Source: Lingula anatina (taxonomy: Eukaryota > Animalia > Brachiopoda). Taken from it: 64,000 bases of DNA. Positions 37,428 through 49,900 of this stretch are shown here, piece by piece (the first letter of the stretch is position 1; every line of letters begins with the position of its first letter). Below the pieces are notes generated by a model. The model was given only the letters and a program-made list of their open reading frames with translations, had not been told where the DNA came from and did not search any database. Location: positions 21,700,001-21,764,000 of the forward strand of contig CM120641.1 in assembly GCA_051362555.1 (NCBI GenBank), read 5' to 3'. Both the position numbers and the translations under genes were made by a program.

Positions 37428-40400
37428 GACCCAGAGAGCATAGGCTGGGGATGTGCCCTCCTCTTCCTAAAGCAGACCGATGAGACCCAGCCCCAAAATG
37501 GAGGATGCATTGAACTGATGCCCACAAAAGAAATGCAAATTGGTCCAAAATTGTTTTCTGAAACTTACTATAGGGGAAGGGAATTTTTAGCTAGTACCAT
37601 ACCTATATTTCGATATTTGGATCCCTGAAGAATTGTGTGTTCTATTTTCTTCTTATGATATCAGAAATGTTCCTTTAAATTGTAATATTTCATGTCCAAA
37701 ATTGTTTTCTGAAACTTACTATAGGGGAAGGGAATTTTTAGCTAATACTATACCTATTTTTCGATATTTGGATCCCTGAAGAATTGTGTGTTCTATTTTC
37801 GTCTTATGATATCAGAAATGTTCCTTTAAATTGTAATATTTTAATGTGCTAAAATATGTTAATTTGGTAGATCATCAGATGTTGGACTTATTAAAACCAG
37901 GTGCACACTTATACAATTTAAGAATTATTTTGACATTTATATCTGTTACTTTTTAGAACTCACAGGAGACCCTTTGTGAGCTCTGCAAAAAAATTATGAC
38001 AGATGTTCGAGATCTGATGACAGGAAACGAAACACAGGTAAAAAAAAACAAACTTTTGGATATAAATATAAGAACAACTTGTAGTTCTAATCACTATATT
38101 TCATATGGCTTCATTTGAGTTTTTTTTCATCAATAAGTATGTTACCCACAGATATTTTGATTTTAACTTTGTGTGCCTTTTTTGCCATATTTTTAACCTA
38201 CGGATGTTGCCTGAAGTTACTTTTATACTATACTTTGCCTCATTCCAGGAGCAAGTTAAGGAGTTTCTAGAAGGTGCTTGCCAAATGTTACCAAAACCTG
38301 AATATGTAACCCAGGTATGATGAAGCATTACTGTTCTATAATCTTCTTTGTTTTAAAAACTGAAAGAAAGTCATGTAGGGCCTTGTTATTGGATATTCTT
38401 GTTATCACTCTCTATTTCGAATTTGATTACATTTCACAAGTAAGTGCACAATGACAAATCCATATCTTGAGCAGTTATATCCATAAGTGAAAATTAAGAA
38501 ATGTCAGAGCTTTGCAAGCTATTTGTGTTAATTAGGCAACCTTTTCTGTCCATGGTAACTATATGCTCCACTGACATGTGAAAACATTATGAAGTGAGCA
38601 ACTTTGCTCAGGTAATTAAAACACTGGTCAACATGAAGAAATGAAGCCATCATAAAATGTACCTCTCAGCCAAGATGTTCACCAGTTCATATCAGATAAA
38701 TTTTCATGTTTTCAAAATATATTATTGTTATTATTGTTAATATTTGAGCTAGTGTACCATGGACATTTTATCTCATCCCAGTTTTCATTTTCCAAGTTGA
38801 CTAACACAGCAGCCCCAAGGATCATACTCCTGTCCTGTTGATGTTTTGGTCATAAGTTAACGGGTGTATAGGGATGTATAATCAACTTAAGGGTTTATAC
38901 TATATAACTTGACCTGTTAAGTAGGCCAAAAGTTTGGAAGAGACTGCACTGTTAAGTCGATGATCTGAGTGGCCTTAAAAAAACTGGGCCAGGCCAGGTG
39001 AACCCTTATTTAATGTGTAAAAGTTTCGAATGAAATAAAAAAACTTAGTATGCCTCTGAGAGTAACACAAGCAGTTGTCAGTTCATGTGATGAATATATA
39101 TTTTAATGTTATTCTTGCATAAACCTTAATAAAAGTTCATCAGAGCATGCATAGTGCACATTTGGCTTTTGGTTTAGAGATTAAACTACTTGGAGGTCAA
39201 GGTCAACATAAATGGGTGCAATGGTTATGTACCTCTAGCACAAGCAAATTGTATAAGAAGTTACCGAATATCAGTTCAACATTGGAGAATATAATTCCAT
39301 TTTTCCCTTTATTCCCTATTTTAGTTTTTTTCTTACAAAATGTGTGCTAGGAGTGTATTCAGGCTTCCTTGACCAGAGTTTGATATACATGAAAGTATTA
39401 ATTAAAGAGTAAAAGTTTTTGATTGTTACACATAGCAAACGTAAAGATGTTATTCACTTTGTCCTTTGGATGCTTGTAAGATGGGAATTTCATTGGGTGA
39501 CCCGACTTCATGGTGCCTTTGCCAAAAAGTAGGCCAAGGGTATGAAAGATACCTTTGCTCCGTAACTGGAAAACATCGCAATATGCGATGGCGATGTCAC
39601 CTTTCATTTCGAGGCTATTATATGGGGCGAGTAAATGCCAAGTTATGGAATAAAGACGCTTGCGTTCGGTCGTAATTCGTGATGCTTTCGAGTTACGGAG
39701 TCCTGGAAGTAACATTACGTGAAATACATGTACATCTTGGCAAAAGAGGCTTTACATAAGTTGTTAATATGTGGCTTCATTTGCATTGAAAATTGCCAAT
39801 TGGGATACATGTACCAAAAATGATTAAGATATGCTAAAAAAAATAAATTTAGCAGTGAGAACGAATGTTGTAGGCAATGATTTTTTTAACTGTATGCAAA
39901 AATTCTCTTTTATGGTTTTTTAAATGTTATTTATGATAATGGACCAAACCCCTCATGGACACCACACACACTTTTAAATACCAAGTAACTGTTTGAGAAC
40001 ATTTACATAATTATTTTTATTATTAATTATTTAAGCAACCAAATCACCAAGGCTTTTAAGTCTTTTGGCCACCATGAACTAGCTTGTGAGCAATGGCTAC
40101 TGGTATATATTGTCTTATTATCAGACATGAGCTTTTTCCACGGAAACACGGAATTCCACTTTTTTTACGTGACCCCAGAGCTATTAACCCCCCCCCCCAA
40201 AAAAAAAATTATGTAAGATGTTTGGTTCCACAATAAATGTTCAGAGTTTTTTTCTAAAACCCCAGGCTCATGTCTGTATTATACTTGCAATCTTTTTCTT
40301 CAGTGCACGGAAGCAGTTGATGACTTTGCTGAGGAGATATTCCAGATGCTCAAGGCACAACTGGTGAGTAGGATTGATATTAAATGCTCATTAAATTGTT

Positions 40401-43400
40401 TAAGCAATTTTTTGGTGTATTTTTTAAAATAATAACTTAAAAACAATATACTCGAAGTAGACCATTGGTTATATGCAAATTTGGATTAATGAAGACAAGT
40501 TACATGGCAGTGTCTTGAATTTTTAAATATTTTATTTTTGATAAGAACCCAGATGTACTGTGTGCTGCCTTTGGAATGTGTGCATCCTACAAGAGCCCTT
40601 TGATACATGAGACTTTGCTGACAGAGTCGAGTGAGATCACAGTAAGTAGAAATTACGGTAATTGTTATAAGGAAAAGAAGTCTGTACCAGGGCTCGACAT
40701 TGAGACTGTCCTGACTGCCTTGAATAGTAAAGTTCAGTTGGGATAGGCGACGTTGCAGGGTAGACTGTCTGTTCACCAGGTGCCAATTTTTGTTAATTTG
40801 GGAGCCAAAGAAGACATTTCCTATGACTTGATGTAAAAAAAATAATAAATAAAAAACGGAAACTAAGAATAACCAATATAACAATGGCATCAGTGTCATC
40901 GAATAAACGTAAGTGATAGTCACAGTATAGATTGCACAAAACGGGCTGCTCAAAACTAGTTAGACTGGCATATGTACATGCACAGGTGTCTTAGAACACC
41001 TAACTTCATGTACCAAGTTTGTTTGGAGCACATGGTAAGTCATCAATAAGAGAAAAAGAGATTTTTTTTTACTTTAGATAGGCACTCTAAACTAAAAGGA
41101 CATTTGTTTTAATTTTGTGCCCTAAGCAGTGTGGCATTCCTCAAATGAGGGGCAGCGCCATTTCCATTTGTGAATAATAATTACATTTGGAGGACAAGAG
41201 GCCAAAAAGCCCATAGACCTAACTTGCCCTCCTTATGAGGGTATTATGATGAAGAAAGGGGGAGGGGGGGGGACCAACTGCTGAATTATGTCAGCAACTG
41301 GCACTTCCATGCAATAACTCCTGCATGGCATGATGTTAAACTTTGTTCAAATGTCAATATTTTTTGATAATTTTTGTGACCCTTTCTTCATGTCAGAGAT
41401 TTTAGTGTTATATGTCTTGGAAAAAAGTCTTGAAGAAATTAAAAACGATCTGGAAATCATGTGAGGTTTGATTTAGCTTCCTGGGTTATTCAAATGTCAT
41501 TGGTGCATAAAAAAGGAATACGAATAAATGTGGTATATTGTTCACTCATTGCTGTGCTATAATAAAATAATATCATCACATTCAGCATAGAAATTTATTG
41601 TAAGTTCTGACAGGCCATGTTTCTGTTTAAAGAGGCAGATCTCATCCCCACCTCCTAAGGACAGTTAATTTTGACCCCTTTATACCTTTATACTTGTACC
41701 AGGCATCGGTAGCAAAAGGAGCTTTGTACGTAGAAAGTCACATTGCAGTTAGTCACCAACTTAATGGGTATAATATTTCTGATATTATCAAACCCATATT
41801 TAAGTAAGACACTTTATTAACTAAGGACATCTTGTATGTGATGTGTTTGAGTCATAGCTCTTATTTAGGCGGATACAGCTTTAAAAATGTATGAAATAAC
41901 CACAAGGAGTCATGTGATGTCATTTTCATTCAGTTTTGGTTGAAAACAAACTGTCAAACGGTTGATGAATGGAACCTTCACAGGCTAATTTTTGTGCCAA
42001 TCACAACATGATTAAGATATTCCATATTTAAAACATTGTAATTTCATTTTTATTTTTTGTAAAATAAATTTCAAAATATTACAGATCTTGGAGGTCCTAA
42101 TCAGACCTTATTAATTATAATGGACTAGCTGTTTACCCAATGTTGTGACCACTGGTTTAAAGTTTGTACCATGAAATGGGGGTTTTAGGCATTAATTTCT
42201 TGGCAGTTGATATATGTATACTGTATGAACTGTAGTAAGATTACAAGTGAATAAGGTGACATAATTCAGTATCATTTGTCCATCATGCCTCTTAACAATT
42301 TGAGTTGATTGTAGATGACTTCTATAACCTCTACATATCTTCTGACATATGTAAGCTTCTTGTCACATGATATTTAATCAGATAGAATACAGTCGAGAGC
42401 GAACCACAAAGAATAGTGCACAGTGAGTGGAAATGAAATGCAAGGTGAAGCCAAGGATCTCATTTCCTCTCACTGTTCTTCATAATTTGTGAGGGGCTGT
42501 GCCCTCTGTTTTATTTTATCATATATTTTGTTATTGTCCATGGAGATATGAATAAAGACATCTATCAGTTTTGAAATAACCACATATCTACTTCCTAATT
42601 AAATTTTAAAACATAATATGTACCCCATTAATTGTTACATAAAGTTGCAACCAGCTGTGTACCGGTATTTGTACTTAAACATCGATGCAAAGTAGCATCT
42701 TCCCAAAGAGCAGGCTTTCAATTTTTGACATTGCTAATTGGCTAGCCCAGATTTCTACAAAAAGCATAGGAAGTATTCACAGAGTTTAATTTAGTGGATT
42801 ATTTATCTGAAAATGCTTTAGGTTAAAGCCTCAGTTTGAAAATAATTAGATATGTGAGTGGGCCTGGTCAAGGTGATATTCAGCACTTAAGTTTCTGTGT
42901 GTTTGATAACAGTTCAAGCTTTTTTGTTATCTTTTCAGAACTCTGTTGATACCGATACATGTGCTTTGTGCAAGAAGTATATTGGTGATGTCCGAAACTT
43001 TGTCACTGGCCCCACTGCTGAGGTAAGGCACATGTGCTACTCTCATGGCTGTGCATGCAACTGTTGTGGTCCTTCATGCCAGGCTTTACCATACCTCTAC
43101 TATGGCTTGCCAAACTGGAAAAAAATTCAAGATGGGAAATTTCATGCCAAGTCATCAAAAATTCATTCAAGATCTCACAATTTCATTCCAAGATATAAGT
43201 TTAGAGAGCCAAGATAATGAACAACATCCAATATTATACTTCGATCTGGAGTCTAAATTTATCAAAATGAATCAAAACAGTTTGGCGTGCCATACTCTAC
43301 TACATATGTTTTCATATAAATTTAAGTATGAATTTATGAAATGCTTAATTTTCTTGTTTTTTTTTTAACAATTGCATGCATAGTTGCTATCATTGGAATC

Positions 43401-43869
43401 ATGATAATAAGAAAAGATATAAACATGTTTTGCTGAAATAATTGTATTTAAAATCAATTATAAAATTATAGAGGGTATAAATTTCTCTTATTAAAGTGAT
43501 AACGTTTTCCTTCAGAAATATAAAAACTCTCTAATTTTTATTTTTATTCTTTTTAATCCTTGCAGCAAGATTTCCGGAATTATACCATTAAGTACTTCTG
43601 CAACTTTATGGGTCCATTTAAGGAGCAAGTGAGTACCTTACCTGATTTTTTTCTACTAAAAATTTGGAGTCAGTTACGTTTTGTAACAAAAATGCAGATT
43701 TTTTTCTTCAATTATACAACAATAAAGATTCTCATACTTGTTTCCCTCTTTTAAGAACAATTTTAGAACCTTTCCTTGTGCCAGCAATACTTTCATAGAA
43801 TTATCATTTCACCATAAAAGACTGTTTTGTGATAAAAACTGCCTAACCCAAGCTGCTGATGTTTTTGTG

Positions 43870-43912
<43 letters not shown>

Positions 43913-46900
43913 ACATACATGACTTAGGATACAATTTGATCATTTTAGTGTATCCAAATGGTGACAGAATTCACCCCAGAAATTATGGACCTAGTTAAGA
44001 CTGAGATGGTAAGATGCTGACAGTCATTTCAGTTTTTGTTTAATTTGAAACAATTTGGTCCAAGTCAAACATGATTTATTGAAATTGATTAGTTTTTTGG
44101 ATGTAGAATGAATTTCTTTCAACCATTGTCAAAATTCCCATTAATATTAAGAAATTAAATGAAAGATACATCATTGTGTTATATAAATAAAAGATTGTCT
44201 GGTACTGGCAGTAATATCTGAGTGACCAGTCTTAGTAGAAAAACTATGCACCAGGTTGGTGTAAGTCAAAAAAAAATTGAGCCTAGAAAATTATTTAAGC
44301 TAAAAATACCACCAGTTACAAAAGTCAATGAGAACCAGATTGAAAAACCTTCTTTGTCTCTTCTCATTTGAGGATTTGAATCTTTGGATACTTGTGTGGT
44401 CACAATTCATATTACAAAGACTACAAAATCTAATATTTCATCAGATAAATCACATATGAAAAAAGAGATGATAGTTTATTATTATGATATCAAAATGTTT
44501 GGTTGTATAATTTTTCTTTTTTTTTCTTCTTCTTTTTTTAGGACCCCACCAAAATTTGTACAATGCTGGGACTTTGTTCAGGAGCATCAGACCGCACCCT
44601 GGAAAAGATGAGAGCATCCAGACTGGCCAGAACTAAAAAGATACAGGTGAAGATCAAGACTTTATGATCTCAGCAAATTTTTTTTTAATACGTTGTTTTA
44701 GAAAAACTGAACCCTCCATATAAGTCATCAGAAAAACACTAAAATACCAGTCAGCCTTTTCACAATTAAAGCATAGGGAAACACCATTAGTAAGGTATAG
44801 CAGTAGTAAGTGCACAAGTACAATGCTATTTTACTGTGGAATGGCTCATGTCTGAATCACCCTGAACTTAATCTTTGACCATCGTTGTCTTGATCTCCAA
44901 AATGCACTGTCATAAGATCCATTTTAACTGCGGTGCATCCTAGCAGGTCTACAAGCCATAAATTTAATCTTTTTTTTGTGCTGAATTTTTGCAAAAGAGC
45001 AGTTTCTGTTGTATGTGCTATTGTTTTTTCCCCTTTATTCAGATGAGCAAAATGTTAAAGGAGGACGCAAGTGTGTGTGACGTTTGCAAGAAGATTATGA
45101 CAGAAGCAAAAGCCATAATGACCAGTGCTAAGACTATGGTGAGCACAAGGGGAGGTTATTACTACCTGCTTACATACAATTGTCCTTAACTGGCAATTCA
45201 TGGCTATGATAAAACAACAATTACTGTGAAATAATGTTTTAGCAAATAGATAACTGTAAATATGTTGAAATCATGAAAATTTCTGACATTTGTAAAGTTG
45301 AAAATAATGTTGATAATGACTGTAACAGTAGCTAACTAGAAATCATGATTTTAATGTAAAACATTTTTATCTGGCAATAGAAACTTAATTCATTGCAGCA
45401 AGAATGGGAAGATTACTTGAAGAAAGATCTCTGCAGATTCTTGGGACCATTTAAAAATGAAGTGAGTAGATTTGTATGGTTCAGTAAGACATGAGATTTA
45501 GGAAAAATGATAAAGGTTACATTAATCAGTTTTGATAAGCTAAAATCATTTAGAATTATTAATATTAATGTTCTGTCTGTGTCATATGCAATCTGTGTTT
45601 CTTCATTTCAAATATATAATGTCAATACAAAGTTCTCCTTATGTTTAGAGATAGTGGAAAATTAACACTGTTTTGAAGAAGTTTTTGTTTTCTTTTAAGT
45701 ATGCAGTTTTTCTTGTTTAACTATTTTCAGTGTTTATCAATCGTGATGGACTTCACTCCTGAAATTATAAAGTTGATGAAATCTAAAATGGTAGGTAATG
45801 CCAAGGGAAGCCACTTCCCCCTTTTTTGTATAAAAAGTGATTTATTTCAAACAATTTTTTGCCAAATGAAAAGTATAACAGGGATGAGATTTTTCTGACT
45901 TTCAGCTGATTTCCGACTTGGGAGCCAATATATCATTAACCCAGTAAGTGACCCCATTGACCCCACACCATATTTTCTGACTTTTTCACGAAATGGCAGT
46001 TTCATCCTATAAACATGTTTTGAAATGCACAAGTATTCTTTAATACTAAATGCAACCAAACTAATTTCATAAGAATGTATGAAGGAAAAAAAACGAAGAA
46101 AAATGAATGAAGAAAAGGTAAGTATATATGAGGAAAAAAGAATTCTATTCAGGATTTCAAAAATATATTTCAGGATCCATCCAGCATATGCCAAGCCATG
46201 GGGCTATGCCGGGGAAACAGAAATATTCTGATTGTGATGAAAATGCAGTCATCCATGCTGGCCCAGAAGTTACAGGTGGGCGACTCCTTTTATTTCTGTC
46301 TTTCTTTTTAAATTTAAAGTTTATAAAATAATTTTGTTGTTGTTTAAGCAATTTAACTATTTTCTACCAAATCTTGAACTACTTCAGGATTTTTTTTTAT
46401 ATTTGATTGTACCTTGTCAATGACAGTAGCAGGACCATTAATGTACATAACAGTGTTGAGTGTTTATCGTTATAATTGTATAATGAGTTGTCTCCCATTG
46501 AAATATATCTGCTTAATACAGACTTTGTCTTTGAGAACCCACGACAACTTGACATGTGACCTGTGTAAAACAGTCATGCAGGACTTAAGTGCTTATATAC
46601 GCAGGAACACCACACAGGTATGCACGCACCTTGTTGCTGCAGGTGCTTGCACCGATTTCCCTGCTGATACCCCCCCCCCCCCAAAAAAAAAAAAAGAAAA
46701 AAATAATAATAATAATAACAACAATAAATGAATAAGATAAACAAATGCCCATAAACAGAAGTCAAATTTAAGAACCCAGCTTTCTTATGCCTCCTTTATT
46801 GCAATGTCCTTCATTACAACCTTTTCTTTATTCGTACATTATAAATTGGGGAAATTTCATCAGAGAATAAAGAATCCATGATTATATGTTATGATCTGGA

Positions 46901-49900
46901 GGCAGTGCACCCCTTGTCCCTCAGGTATATGGATATTGCCTCTGTCAGCGATGGCTCGAGTCAAAGTCTGAATCTTTGAATGAACATACATACGCAGGTC
47001 ATGGTATTAGTTTCAGGTGGAGGTGACTGCTGCTGTTGAAACCATGTATGTTTTTTCCTATTTCATTTCATTTAAGTTTTTTTTTTGTTGTTATTTCTGT
47101 TATAATTTTTGCCACAGGGACATGTTGCTCAGGATGAGTACTGCAGTACTTGCAAAGAAGTCATTCAGGATGTAGCTACATTTGTTCAGTCTAATAACGT
47201 AGACTTTTTGAAAATGAAAAATATGTCTTTTGCATGATGGTTTGGGGTTGTTTGCCTTTTATTTTATCATACTAACCATCTTCTGTTCTTATAATAGTAT
47301 TAGATAATTCTTTTTTTGACATTAATTTTTGACAGTATTAGATAATTTATTTTTTTCTTTGACATGTAAATAAAAAAAGTTGAAATGTCCATCAAGTCTT
47401 TTTATTGCATGCTTCTGTTTTTTTTTTTTTAACTTTCATTAGTTCTCTTTTGGTGCATTGTTATTACATACAATTACATGTTACCAAGATTGCATTTAAT
47501 GCTTGAGGTGTTTTTGTGGGCACTGATATTTTTTAATCTTTAAATTCAAATTATAATGCCAAATAGTTGTTGTTGATATAGTAAAACCAGGTCCTCTGAT
47601 TGTTATGTACTTAACCACCTTGCCCAACTCCAACAATACTGTGCTTGTTTACTAATTCAGACAATATATCTGTCCACTTGCTTTACATGTTGAGCTTATT
47701 ATATGTGCATGATGTTATTGTAATCAAGCTCTTTGTTATTTTATTCTAGTGTTATGTGATTCTGTGTATCTGTACAAATTGTAATTATTATTATTGTAAG
47801 CAACATAACCCAATTGTATTTTTTTTTAATTTTACATTAAAGAGGTAGTACATTCTTAGTTAGCTGTTTAATTACATGAAACATTTTAAGATTTTGGAAA
47901 TTGTATTTTTTAAATGACTAATATTAATTGTATGACTATTATTTTAAGTGATCTTGCTTTTACTTATTTCAGCAAATTGTGAAGAACTACATAAAAACTC
48001 AGTTGTGCAGTAAAATGGGAAGCTTTGCTGAAATGGTAAGGCCAATAAGTGAGATAGATTCAAGTGGAAAAGAATCCAGGACCCGTAAAATCTTTATCAT
48101 ATATACTTGATGAACATTGGATATTTATTGATGAATAAGTAAATTGGCCATTTTCTTAAGGCTGAAGTTTTTCATTGGTCTATTAGTCAGGCCTACCCAA
48201 CTACCAGACTTGGCACATAAGGATCCTGAATTAAACGGTATATCGGACCACACTACCCGTTTTCACAAGGTGTGTGTCAGATCGCATTTCGGAGTATCAG
48301 TCAGAACACCGACAGGATGTGCCCACGCTCTGCTGTCACCTTGATTGGATAGTAAACGATTGTCGTAAAATCGCTATATCATTTTAAAACCGGGTGCATA
48401 AATTTGAAGACCACCTAGAACAACGTAAGACTGCCACATTAATCTAATACAATGCAAAAAAGCCCTATCAAAAGTTGTTAAAGCATTCAAACTGAATGTC
48501 GTAAAGTCCCCATATACCCCCATAGAGACAATAAAATAGAGTACTCTAAAGTAAGAGGACAGTCTAAGGTTGTTCTAGGTGGTTTTCAAATTTATGCACC
48601 AGTTTTAAAATCATATATACCAGTTAATTCAGGATCTTTATGTGCCGAGTCTGGTAGTTGGGTAGGCCTGATTGGTACAATATCATAAAACAAGAAAAAA
48701 TATAAGTAAGGTCTTAAGGGTCTTTTAAGTAGAAAAAAAAAGATGGGAACCTTGAGTGTCTTACTTAATATATCTGTAGAAAGTTGTTGTAATCTTTATT
48801 TTATTGATGATGTTTTTTCTTTGGTTTTAGTGTAACCAGACTATAGACCAGTATGGCGACATCCTCTTTGAGCTGCTTTTGAATGAATTGGTAAGTGGGG
48901 CTTTTGGTTCAAACTACAGGCCTAGGTTTATGGAAATAGAGTCCAAACATTGGTGTTTAGTGCATATTATTAATGCAGGAAAAAGATGGTAATTTGTTCA
49001 AAAATTACTGATGTCAACCAAGTGACTGATCTGGTATTCTATCCTGGCCCACAAAAAAATATAAGTCCGATTCCCTGGCTGAGAACTTCATTACCAAGGT
49101 TACAGATTCTGAAATAAACAATAGAAAGACTAGTATACCACTCTGACGTTAGAATAGTTTGCTGGTTTCATTCTGTTCTTATTTGGTTTCTGCTCATTTT
49201 TGGTTGCATCCTACTTAGCTTAAGTTAGTTGAATATAAGAATTTTGTGGTATTATAGCAGGGGCGGATCCAGAGATATTTTCTGACAGTCTTCTAAATTA
49301 TCTTTGTTAATCCACCCTCCATTTTTGACCGTCTTCTGACAGAAAACATTAGATACCCGTCTATGTAAACTTAAAAATCTGACCGTCTTCCGGAAGACCC
49401 AGAAGACGGCCTAAATCCGCCCCTGTTATAGGGAAGATGTAAGTATTGGAACCTTTTAAGCATAAGATATTATAAGTATATATGTTGAATACCTTTATAA
49501 AACCTTGTAGAAATTTTTGTGGAGGTAGAGCTAAATGCGTTTTATTTTTCTAAAAAAAAATCTCTTTTAGAATCCTGAACAAGTTTGCAGTGCCATAGGG
49601 GTGTGCTCTGCAGGTAAATCTTTTACGGGTGGTCCTCTACATCTGCTGTCTGCTGTACAACCCAACAAGAAACCCAGGGTTTCTTCCGAGGTTTGCGTCA
49701 TATGTGAATTTGTTCTTCAGCAACTGGACAATGTGCTCAAGGATAATGCCACTGAGGTAGGTTTTTGTTTCCTTTGTATGTATTTTTTTTACATTTGGAT
49801 TTTGGATGTATTGTGGTTTCTCCTTCTTGTCATACTCTTTTCTTTTAACATCTTTTATACAGGAAGAAATTGTCACAGCTGTGAAAAATGTCTGTTCCCT

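Noticed and set aside
38317-38363. Box C (ATGATGA) and box D (CTGA) in a prosaposin intron
   Set aside because: Only about 47 nt, overlaps the donor site, and has no terminal stem or recognisable guide.
40642-40746. In-frame read-through of a prosaposin exon giving a short one-SapB isoform
   Set aside because: An open frame of 34 codons past a good donor (ACA|GTAAGT) can arise by chance; there is no supporting motif.
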